This document shows, piece by piece, positions 7,801-15,547 of a stretch of 31,782 nt of DNA; position 1 is the stretch's first letter, and every line of letters starts with the position of its first letter. The notes under the pieces are model-generated. The model made no database searches. It was given only the letters and a program-made list of their open reading frames with translations, and had not been told where the DNA came from. Position numbers and translations under genes: made by a program. The stretch comes from Thermoproteota archaeon (GTDB taxonomy: Archaea > Thermoproteota > Nitrososphaeria_A > Caldarchaeales > Calditenuaceae): positions 1 to 31,782 of the forward strand of contig JAUQPZ010000018.1 in NCBI GenBank assembly GCA_030550155.1. The letters are read 5' to 3'.

Positions 7801-8664
7801 TCACCTCCGAGCCTTGACTGCCTTCAAACGGCCTAGGAGCTTCAGAGCGTCGTGATAGGACTTATAGATGTCTTCTGGGCTGAACAGCGGCATCCCATGG
7901 GCTAGCTCGAAGAAGTGTTGCGCTAGGACGTCGTTTAGGCTCAGCCCCCAATATCTCAGCTCAGCTCCTCCGTCATCGATCTGTAAACTATGCTCGGTCC
8001 CATCCCAAACAAGAATGTTCTCCGAGCCGACGGCCTCTATGCAGACCTTAGCCTCTTCGACTAGGCTTCGCGAGGCTTGGGATACTACCGTGACTAGAGT
8101 GTCTCCTACTCGTGCGTCAACAGTTAATACTTCACCGGATAGTAGCCAAGCCCTGTATTGCGGATTTCCCTGCCTCTCAAGGGACCTGATGAAGTCTACC
8201 GTGTTTATGAGTTGATGCACTATCTCGCCGGACAGATTGTGTTGAGTTGAGGGCTCCTCCCTTAGGAGAGAGCTGTCTAGCTGGGCTGTAACGTATATCG
8301 AGCAGGCCTTGCCTAAGACGCCCTCCCTCACCAGTGAGCTGAGCCTGAGAAGTTTGGGGTTGTGTCGGGAGTAGAGAGGTATGATGACCTGCCTATTCTT
8401 CTCGCTGAGGGCTTTGAGGATTTTCGCCTCTTCTTGCAGCGAGGCGGCGAAGGGGATCTCTATCAGGGTTGGGAGACCGTCCTCAGCCAGCTCCAGGAGC
8501 CACTCCTCCGACGGCGCATCCAGTAAGATAAGCCCTGACAGCTTCTCGCGCTCTGAGCGCTGAGGCGAGAAGACCAGCTTGGCGTTGAAGCGTTCTCTGA
8601 GGCGGTCGAGATAGCCCGTCAAAGCTCCTCTGGGCGCGCCGAAGACTCCAATCTCCATGGCCAT
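7801..8664 (-). CDS. degenerate Gfo/Idh/MocA-like protein (cofactor and EKP motifs eroded)
   Basis: It is collinear with the family (LILLDAPSEEWLLELAEDGLPTLIEIPFAASLQEEAKIL...NRQVIIPLYSRHNPKLLRLSSLVREGVLGK). However, EKP is EIP and the glycine-rich loop is atypical (GVFGAPRGALTGY). Its ATG abuts the stop of the upstream gene (8665). Confidence 0.55.
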   Translation of the reverse strand: MAMEIGVFGAPRGALTGYLDRLRERFNAKLVFSPQRSEREKLSGLILLDAPSEEWLLELAEDGLPTLIEIPFAASLQEEAKILKALSEKNRQVIIPLYSRHNPKLLRLSSLVREGVLGKACSIYVTAQLDSSLLREEPSTQHNLSGEIVHQLINTVDFIRSLERQGNPQYRAWLLSGEVLTVDARVGDTLVTVVSQASRSLVEEAKVCIEAVGSENILVWDGTEHSLQIDDGGAELRYWGLSLNDVLAQHFFELAHGMPLFSPEDIYKSYHDALKLLGRLKAVKARR

Positions 8665-9735
8665 TTAACCTTCACCCCCGAGGGGCAGTTCAACCTCCCT
8701 CCCCTCCCTCACGGATTTCTCAGCCGCTACGCATATCTCCAGAGCGCTGCGGGCCTCCTCGAGCCTGATTGGCGGAGGGCGGCCGCTGGAGAGGGCCTTT
8801 ACGAAGTCTAGCAGCTCCGCATAGATCTCGCTTAGGGCTGGCAGATACTCGACGAACTGTCTGTGAGCGGTTGGCTTCTCTTTGGGCCCGTTCTTCGCTG
8901 GGAATAGGCTTCTCAGGGAGAGGCTGTTGGGAATTATTGATTGGCGGTAGAAGTTGTCGAAGCCCCAGACTCTTCTCGAGGAGCCGATGACCTCGAGATA
9001 ACGCTCATATTGGGGGTAACCTCTCGTCTGCCTGTTGACTATGACGATGCCGTGTACGCCGTTTTCATATTCTATGTGTATGTGGGCTGAGGTGAAGAAT
9101 GGGAGTGCTCTGGGCTGACGGATGCCATCCGCGGTTACACTGGCGGGTCTTCCTCCGCTGAACCAGTTGCAGAGATCGGCGCAGTGAACTCCGCTATCGA
9201 TAATCGGCCCGCCACCCTTCTCCCAGTGGTATTTGCTCTGGTCCGGGCTCTCGGCCCATCTTTCAAGCGGGTTATCAAATCGATGAGCGGCCCGCACCAA
9301 GATAACGTCACCCAAACCACCCTCCCGCTGAATCTGCTTGGCTTTGAGGGCGATGGGTAGGTATCTGTTTGACTGGCCTATGAATACAAGCCTATCGCTA
9401 CTCTTCTGGGCGTCGATAACCTCGTCGGCCTCCCGCAGATTCGCAGCCAGGGGCTTTTCGCAAAAAACATGTTTACCAGCCTCGAGGGCTTTCACGATGA
9501 AATCCCTGTGAAACTGCGTGGGGACGCAGATATCAACTATGTCCATCTCGCACTTCTTCAGGAAATCGTCATAATCGAGATAGACTCTCGCCACCCCATA
9601 TTGCCTTGCAGCCCTAACAGCAGAAGACTCCACGGCGTCGCAAAGAGCCACGACCTCAACATCCCCCATGAGGCTGTAGGCGTTCAGGTGCGCGTTGGCT
9701 ATAACTCCACAGCCAACCAGCCCGATTCTTAACAC
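8665..9735 (-). CDS. Gfo/Idh/MocA-family NAD(P)-dependent oxidoreductase
   Basis: IGLVGCGVIANAH Rossmann loop and the FCEKPLA motif; 356 aa; GTG start at 9735. Confidence 0.85.
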   Translation of the reverse strand: MLRIGLVGCGVIANAHLNAYSLMGDVEVVALCDAVESSAVRAARQYGVARVYLDYDDFLKKCEMDIVDICVPTQFHRDFIVKALEAGKHVFCEKPLAANLREADEVIDAQKSSDRLVFIGQSNRYLPIALKAKQIQREGGLGDVILVRAAHRFDNPLERWAESPDQSKYHWEKGGGPIIDSGVHCADLCNWFSGGRPASVTADGIRQPRALPFFTSAHIHIEYENGVHGIVIVNRQTRGYPQYERYLEVIGSSRRVWGFDNFYRQSIIPNSLSLRSLFPAKNGPKEKPTAHRQFVEYLPALSEIYAELLDFVKALSSGRPPPIRLEEARSALEICVAAEKSVREGREVELPLGGEG

Positions 9736-9764
9736 ACGCTTTAATCCTCATCTAAAACTTTAGC

Positions 9765-9777
9765 CTTTTGTCAAAAG
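9765..9777. promoter_or_regulatory. perfect 13-nt palindrome CTTTTGTCAAAAG in the divergent promoter region (candidate operator)
   Basis: 6-bp arms around a central T. It lies between the minus-strand operon start (9735) and the plus-strand operon start (9853), next to A/T-rich TATA-like tracts (about 9750-9762 and 9821-9831). Confidence 0.3.
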
Positions 9778-9852
9778 AGCCCAGCTTAGCACCATCCATT
9801 GATTGAACACCGTAGGCAATGATTAAATACCATCCCGGGAAATCGGTGGAGG

Positions 9853-11136
9853 ATGGCCGGGCAGTCGTTCCAGCTCTCAACCGCCCAAAGCCTCCTCGAC
9901 GCCAACGCTGAGGTGCAGAGATGTGTTCACTGCGGCTACTGCCTTGAGCACTGCCCCACGAGGGATGCAGGTGTTTTTGATGTTTATGGTGCGCGTGGGA
10001 AGATGATTCTTTTTAAGGAGATATTGGAGGCCGGGAGGTTTGAGCTTCTGGACAAGATTTTCGGGGATAGGGTGCTGAACTGCGCGCTCTGCAACTGGTG
10101 CACAAGCAAGTGCCCAGAGTCCATACCCCTCACGGACATCTTTGTCCTAGCCCGCTATGAGGCCGCAAAGAGGGGGGCGGTGCCCCGCAGCGTCAAGAAG
10201 GTTGCAGATTACGTATTGAGGCGGGGGAATCCCTTCGGCTCACTCTCTCATGAGAGAGTGGAGTGGGCCGATGGGCTCAACCTGAGCAACAGGGGTGAGA
10301 CTGTTTTCTTTGCCTCATGCATGGGCTCCACGATGGGCTATTTGGAGCTCCTCGATAATACTGGAATCTCTTTGGAGACCATAATCAAGATGTTTGACCT
10401 ATTCGAGAAGATCCGGCTCGACAAGCCGCTAAGATATCTTGTCTGGAAGATCCTGAGGCCTAACAGGGCCTACAACTCTACGCTGAGGAAGTGCGTCTCG
10501 ATTCTAAGGTCGCTGGGCATCGAGCCTGCCTATCTTTCGCGCGAGGAGCCATGCTGTGGAAAACCTCTCCACACCTACGGCCTCTTGGACGAGTTTAAGC
10601 AGCACGCAGGCCGAGTTGCAAATCTTCTCAGGGCGCGGGGCGTGAGACGCATCATCGTCAACAATCCGATCTGCATGTATACTTTCAAGAGGCTCTACCC
10701 TGCATTTCTGGGGAACTTCGACGTAGATGTTAAGCACATGGTCGAGGTTATGCTTGACGGGCAGGCCAAGGTGAGGAGGAGCGGCGGGGAGGGCCGCGGC
10801 TTAAAGATTGTTTATCACGACCCGTGTTACATGGCCCGCTACCTGAGCCTAGTCGACGAGCCGAGGAGGCTTCTCGAGAGTCTTGGGGGCGCGGTACTCG
10901 TTGAGCCTGAGAGGTCTAAGGAGAAGACATACTGCAGCGGCGACGGCGGGCTCGAGGTGACTCACCCGGGTGCGGCTCACAAGGTCGCTATGAAGAGGGC
11001 CGCTATGCTAGCCGAGACGGGGGCTGATATTGTGGCCACCAGTTGCCCCGCATGCATCGCAACGCTGAGAATAGGTCTGAGGCGGAGCGGCCGCCGACGA
11101 GGGCCGGCTGTCGTGGACGTCATAGACCTGCTCTAA
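9853..11136 (+). CDS. (Fe-S)-binding oxidoreductase subunit, GlcF/GlpC/HdrD-like (2x[4Fe-4S] plus two CCG domains)
   Basis: Two ferredoxin motifs (CVHCGYCLEHCP and CALCNWCTSKCP), followed by two cysteine-rich CCG-type domains (EEPCCGKPL; YCSGDGG...TSCPAC). Confidence 0.8.
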   Translation: MAGQSFQLSTAQSLLDANAEVQRCVHCGYCLEHCPTRDAGVFDVYGARGKMILFKEILEAGRFELLDKIFGDRVLNCALCNWCTSKCPESIPLTDIFVLARYEAAKRGAVPRSVKKVADYVLRRGNPFGSLSHERVEWADGLNLSNRGETVFFASCMGSTMGYLELLDNTGISLETIIKMFDLFEKIRLDKPLRYLVWKILRPNRAYNSTLRKCVSILRSLGIEPAYLSREEPCCGKPLHTYGLLDEFKQHAGRVANLLRARGVRRIIVNNPICMYTFKRLYPAFLGNFDVDVKHMVEVMLDGQAKVRRSGGEGRGLKIVYHDPCYMARYLSLVDEPRRLLESLGGAVLVEPERSKEKTYCSGDGGLEVTHPGAAHKVAMKRAAMLAETGADIVATSCPACIATLRIGLRRSGRRRGPAVVDVIDLL

Positions 11137-11163
11137 GCCCTTCGCCGGTCTGGAGGTTGCCGG

Positions 11164-12138
11164 ATGAGAGACAACCTTAATCCGTCTCTAATCCTCTCTC
11201 GCCTAGAGGGTATGCTGACTCTCTCCCTCTTCACAAATGCCTTCAGCTACTGCCTGCCGCCCATCGAGGCTGAGAAGTGGGTCTGGTCTGAGAGGATGGC
11301 TGAGTTCATCAGGGCTCTTGGCTATGGGGGAGTGGAGGTCTCTGCGAAAAGGCACCTAGATGTTGAGCGAGTTCTTTCGGGCGGCGCGTCGAATGTGAGG
11401 GGTATTGCTGAGAAGAGTGGGCTTGAAATCGTCGCGCTCTCATCCCACTTCAACCATCTCGACGCAGATAAGGAGCGGAGAAGGTCTTTCAATCAGAGGT
11501 TTCTGAGAGTTGTGGAGGCCGCCTCGCTCTTGGATGTTCCGGTTGTGGTTACCTTCTCGGGGATGCCTGTCCCTCTCGACTACCTCTACCCTTACCCAGA
11601 GTCGAATATAGACAAAGTTGAGGGGGCTTGGAGCGAGTTTAGGGCTGTATGGGGCCCCCTGCTGGACTTCGCCGCTCAGCACGATGTCAAGGTTGCCGTC
11701 GAGCCTCACTACGGCCAGCTGGTCTTCAACACCCAGACCATCAGTAGGATGTTTAAGGAGCTTGACCACAGGGCTCTAGGTATCAACTTTGACCCCTCAC
11801 ACCTAGCCTGGCAGCTCATCGACCCTGTAGTAGTCGTAGAAAAGTTTAGCGAGAAGATCTTTCACACACATCTGAAGGACGTGGAGTTTAACGAAGGGGT
11901 ATTAAGGGAGAACGGCGTCTTCTCGGTTGGTAAGTGGTCTTCAGCGGAGCGTAGCTGGAGATTCAGGGTTCCGGGTAAAGGAGTGATTAGGTGGTCAGAG
12001 GTTCTCGGCTCCCTGGTTGCGCTGGGTTATCGCGGGGCCTTATCCTTCGAGCATGAAGACCCCTTAATGGGTCTGGAGGAGGGGGCTAGAGAGGCGTGTG
12101 TCTTCATCTCTGAGCTCCTCGCCAAGCTTGATGCTTGA
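11164..12138 (+). CDS. sugar phosphate isomerase/epimerase (xylose-isomerase-like TIM barrel)
   Basis: Family-typical metal-ligand contexts VAVEPH, NFDPSH, HTHLKD and SFEHED. GGAGGT lies 8 nt upstream of ATG 11164 and the gap to the upstream gene is 27 nt, which suggests co-transcription. Confidence 0.8.
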   Translation: MRDNLNPSLILSRLEGMLTLSLFTNAFSYCLPPIEAEKWVWSERMAEFIRALGYGGVEVSAKRHLDVERVLSGGASNVRGIAEKSGLEIVALSSHFNHLDADKERRRSFNQRFLRVVEAASLLDVPVVVTFSGMPVPLDYLYPYPESNIDKVEGAWSEFRAVWGPLLDFAAQHDVKVAVEPHYGQLVFNTQTISRMFKELDHRALGINFDPSHLAWQLIDPVVVVEKFSEKIFHTHLKDVEFNEGVLRENGVFSVGKWSSAERSWRFRVPGKGVIRWSEVLGSLVALGYRGALSFEHEDPLMGLEEGAREACVFISELLAKLDA

Positions 12139-12162
12139 GGCCGCCACACCGGTGGTCGGCGT

Positions 12163-13638
12163 CTAGACCAGCATGCCAGGGTTCAAGACATCGTTCGGGT
12201 CGAGGGACCTTTTCAGACGCCTCAGGAAATCACGGTACTCCGGCCTGACGCGCGTCATAAGCGCTCTGGTCCAAGCCATACCCATCCAATAAGGAACAGC
12301 TCCATACCTTTCCACAATATGAGCCAACCACTTCTCCCAGATCTCCCTAGCCCTCAGCCTCGACTCCCTATCGTCCCTATAGAAGAGGAAGAGAGAGAAA
12401 CCCACTGCAGGCCTCTGGTCCGCCACGTATGCACCGATGCTCACTTTCATTCCATACTCCTCAACCCCCCATGTCTGATGAAAATATTTCTCGGCATCTT
12501 CAGCGATCTCTGGCAACCTCCACACAGGGAGCCAGTGACAAGCGTGCGCAGCAAACCCCTTCTCCCGCTCCTGCGAAACAAGCCTAAGGAACATTTTCTT
12601 CCACCAGTTCTCAACATTCTGCTCGTGCGAGGTCGGGAAGACTCCTCCCAGCTCCCTTGCCATCGAGATGATTGCCTCAGCCTTCCGAGAAGCTATGCCA
12701 TCGTCAGGCTCCTCTATCACGATGCGGCACCCACATTCACCAGCCACACCCCAGGACGACTCGGTGGATTTTCTGCCGGGCGTTATGTTCAGCGACTTGG
12801 GTGTGAGCTTCTTCCTCAATATGCCTTGGACGAACCTTAGCCCCTGCTCCCAGCTCTCGAAGACGACGCCTATGTAGCGTGAGCTCGTGGGCAGCTCCTC
12901 CAGCCTCAGCGTGGCCTCTGTGATTACTCCGAAAACTCCCATCGAGCCGATGAAGAGGCCTGCGAAGTCGCCTCCGCAACAGACTCTAGCGTATTTCCCC
13001 GCGGTAGGAAGCGCGTCGGAGCCGACCCTCGTAATCTCTCCTGTAGGCAAAACAACTTCGAGAGACAATACCTGGTTGAAAGTCCCGCCACTCTCGGTAA
13101 CACCTTGCGAGGACATCGAGGCCAAGGCTATCGAGCCACCCACCGTGGCACCGTAAGCGCTCTCCGGCCCCATAAACGGGACTCTAAGGCCCCTCTTGGC
13201 AAGCTCCTCGTTGAGCGTCGACCAGATGACCCCCGGCTGAACCGTCACGCTCATGTTCCGCTCGTCAATCTCTAGAATTCTGTTCATCCTGGTAGTATCA
13301 AGTATCACGGAGTTGGGCTGGAAAGCTATTCCACCTCCCCCCGCACTCGTCCCTCCACCCCTAACGTAGACCTTGAAGCCCAACTCGTTAGCCAGACTCA
13401 AAACCCTAGAGCACTCGAGGGAGTCTCCGACCTTCACGACCGCCATCGGCACGACACCCTCCATGGGGCTGGCGTCGCGGGTATAGGCCAGCAGGTCAAC
13501 TGTGTCTGAGGCCACGTTTTCCCTCCCAACTATCTTCTCCAGCTGCCTAACTATCTCGGAGGGGCTTTGCTGCGACTTCTTCACCAAGCCTCCGCAAGGA
13601 GAACACCAATTTCTGATATAAGGGTTTACAGACCACAA
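12163..13638 (-). CDS. FAD-binding oxidoreductase (PCMH/FAD_binding_4, GlcD / D-lactate dehydrogenase-like)
   Basis: VYVRGGGTSAGGGG FAD-binding loop and a family-typical C-terminus LDPNDVLNPG. The true start may be TTG/GTG at 13587/13584, because a CTTATATC box sits inside the first codons of the maximal ORF. Confidence 0.8.
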   Translation of the reverse strand: MWSVNPYIRNWCSPCGGLVKKSQQSPSEIVRQLEKIVGRENVASDTVDLLAYTRDASPMEGVVPMAVVKVGDSLECSRVLSLANELGFKVYVRGGGTSAGGGGIAFQPNSVILDTTRMNRILEIDERNMSVTVQPGVIWSTLNEELAKRGLRVPFMGPESAYGATVGGSIALASMSSQGVTESGGTFNQVLSLEVVLPTGEITRVGSDALPTAGKYARVCCGGDFAGLFIGSMGVFGVITEATLRLEELPTSSRYIGVVFESWEQGLRFVQGILRKKLTPKSLNITPGRKSTESSWGVAGECGCRIVIEEPDDGIASRKAEAIISMARELGGVFPTSHEQNVENWWKKMFLRLVSQEREKGFAAHACHWLPVWRLPEIAEDAEKYFHQTWGVEEYGMKVSIGAYVADQRPAVGFSLFLFYRDDRESRLRAREIWEKWLAHIVERYGAVPYWMGMAWTRALMTRVRPEYRDFLRRLKRSLDPNDVLNPGMLV

Positions 13639-13877
13639 ACATCAGCAAGGATGCTCACACCCTTAGGAGACTGCTACTGAAGAGGTAATGGTTCTTCGAG
13701 AATTCATTTAGGACTTGGGAGAACCATCTTTGAGCCTGCCTAGTTTTTAACCCAAAAATCTAGATTCTCTCCATGCGTCCAGCCTTTCTTAGCCAAGCGC
13801 GGGCAGCCCCTACGCAACCTCAGAGGCGCCTTTTTCACCGCCCAAGTTTTTCCGGCGAGGTGTTTCCTGTGGGTCAG

Positions 13878-14171
13878 CTACGATGCTCCAAGTATGAAGA
13901 AGGCTATCGCTATACCGTATATAGCGAGGGCCTCACCAAAGGCTGCGATTATGATCGCGACTGTTCTTACCTCAGGTCTCTCTGCTGAGGCTGCAAGTCC
14001 AGCGGAGCCTGCGCGAGAGATCGCGAAACCCGATGCTAAAACCGCTGCGCTGAAAGCGATTGCGGCGGCGAAAACTTTGCTGAAGATGTCAGATGTCGCC
14101 TCGACTGCGTAGACAGCTGGTAGGGAGGCCAGCGCGAGCAATAAACCAGGTAGTAGAGGCCTTGTCTGCAT
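13878..14171 (-). CDS. atpK: A1AO (A-type) ATP synthase proteolipid subunit K/c
   Basis: 97 aa with a hydrophobic N-terminal leader, then a two-helix hairpin. The hairpin has a glycine/alanine-rich helix (ASGFAISRAGSAGLAASAERPE) and the ion-binding glutamate context AAFGEALAIYGIAIAFFIL. Confidence 0.8.
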   Translation of the reverse strand: MQTRPLLPGLLLALASLPAVYAVEATSDIFSKVFAAAIAFSAAVLASGFAISRAGSAGLAASAERPEVRTVAIIIAAFGEALAIYGIAIAFFILGAS

Positions 14172-14281
14172 GGGACTTCGGCTGTATAATTAAGCGCTCA
14201 CATATATAGGTGAGCCGCAGTCTTCGGCAGCCATCCTAGCCCTTCGAGGATTGAAGTGTTTATTGGAAGTGCGTAGTCTGG

Positions 14282-14294
14282 AAAAATAAATATT
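14282..14294 (+). promoter_or_regulatory. TATA box (AAAAATAAATATT) for the peroxiredoxin gene
   Basis: An A/T-only tract centred about 29 nt upstream of ATG 14317. Confidence 0.4.
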
Positions 14295-14316
14295 GTGAGG
14301 GCACTCCGCATGTCGT

Positions 14317-14790
14317 ATGCCGGTCAAAGTGGGTGACAGGGCTCCGGACTTTGCGCTACTCGATTTTGACAGGAATTCGAAGAGACTCTCCGATTTCCGG
14401 GGTAAAAAGGTTGTTTTGGCGTTCTTCCCCGGCGCCTTCACATCCGTCTGCACCAGAGAGATGTGCACTTTTAGGGACAGCCTCGCTCGGCTCTCCGCCT
14501 TAGACGCCACCGTAATCGGAATAAGCGTTAACGACCCCTTCACGTTGAAGGCCTTTGCAGAGCATAATAGGCTTGGATTCACGCTTCTCTCGGACCATAC
14601 GAGAGAGGTCTCAAAGACGTATGGTGGAGTACACGAGGATTTCCTCGGAATGAAGGGATATTCTGTGGCTAAGAGGTCTGTCTTCGTAATCGACAGAGAC
14701 GGCGTGGTAAGATATGCCTGGATATCGGAGGACCCGGTAAAAGAGCCCAACTATAAGGAGATAGAGGAGATTCTGGCGAAGATCAACTAA
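14317..14790 (+). CDS. bcp: peroxiredoxin, Bcp/PrxQ type (AhpC/TSA family)
   Basis: FPGAFTSVCTREMC has the peroxidatic Cys in a T-x-x-C context and a second Cys five residues later. The fold is thioredoxin-like, 157 aa. Confidence 0.9.
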   Translation: MPVKVGDRAPDFALLDFDRNSKRLSDFRGKKVVLAFFPGAFTSVCTREMCTFRDSLARLSALDATVIGISVNDPFTLKAFAEHNRLGFTLLSDHTREVSKTYGGVHEDFLGMKGYSVAKRSVFVIDRDGVVRYAWISEDPVKEPNYKEIEEILAKIN

Positions 14791-15547
14791 GCATCACTGT
14801 CCCACCGTCTATAACGATTACCTGACCGTTTACGTAGCTGTACAGGTCTGAGATCAGGGCCAGCGCCACAGAGGCCACCTCTCTGGGCTCACCCCACCTT
14901 CTCATCGGAGATTCCTCGGCGAGCCGCCTCTTCTCACCCGGCTTAAGCCTATCGTATGTCGCGCTGGTCTTGATGTTGCCGAGCGCCAGGGCGTAAGCCC
15001 TCACGCGGAACCTGTCATACTCTGCAGCTATTGCTTTAACTAGGCCAATGATTGCTAGCTTTGCGAGAGAGTATGCCATACCATGTCTATACCACGTGAT
15101 CGCCGGGGTCGACGAGGTGAAGATAATAACTCCTCCGCCTCCACTCCGCATAACCGGGAGAGCGGCCTTGGCAAGCCTCAAGGCGGAGTAGAAGTCGACA
15201 TCCATTATCTCCCTAATCTTCTCCTCATCAATCTTATCAATTCCTGCATACCAGGTCCGAGGCTCAAGCTTCGCGCCCACGTAGCTGACGAGTGCGTCAA
15301 GCCCGCCTAGTCTCTGTGCAGCCGCATCGACTATCCTCTTGGCCTCGCGCGGCTCAGACAGGTCTGCTCTTAGAGGTGTGGCTTCTCCTCCCCTCGCCGC
15401 TATTTCTGAGGTCAATGCCTGCAAGAGCCGCGTCCTCCTCGCTGCCAGCGCTAGTTTGGCGCCGTGCTCTGCGAAGAGCCGAGCCGTTTCCTGGCCTACC
15501 TCGCTCGTGGCCCCCGCGATGAGAACTCTTTTCTCGCTCAGAAGCAT
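14783..15547 (-). CDS. short-chain dehydrogenase/reductase (SDR)
   Basis: Rossmann motif IAGATSEVGQ and the catalytic YSLAK (YxxxK). ATG at 15547 (MLLSEKRVLIAG) is preferred; the ORF-track TTG is at 15559. The 3' end overlaps bcp convergently by 8 nt. Confidence 0.85.
   Translation of the reverse strand: MLLSEKRVLIAGATSEVGQETARLFAEHGAKLALAARRTRLLQALTSEIAARGGEATPLRADLSEPREAKRIVDAAAQRLGGLDALVSYVGAKLEPRTWYAGIDKIDEEKIREIMDVDFYSALRLAKAALPVMRSGGGGVIIFTSSTPAITWYRHGMAYSLAKLAIIGLVKAIAAEYDRFRVRAYALALGNIKTSATYDRLKPGEKRRLAEESPMRRWGEPREVASVALALISDLYSYVNGQVIVIDGGTVMLS

Noticed and set aside
12319-12840. Long antisense ORFs inside strongly supported genes. Examples are 12319-12840, 19813-20304, 24193-24630, 5489-5854, 4463-4798, 25473-25823, 6305-6670 and 11440-11769.
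   Set aside because: These are typical shadow ORFs of GC-rich coding DNA. They have no motifs, a biased Arg/Ser/Pro composition, and each is fully nested opposite a gene with clear family signatures.
14190-14750. A 186-aa minus-strand ORF, longer than the 157-aa plus-strand ORF it overlaps.
   Set aside because: The plus-strand product has an unmistakable peroxiredoxin active site (FPGAFTSVCTREMC) and a well-placed TATA box. The minus-strand product is Ser/Thr/Pro-rich antisense noise.
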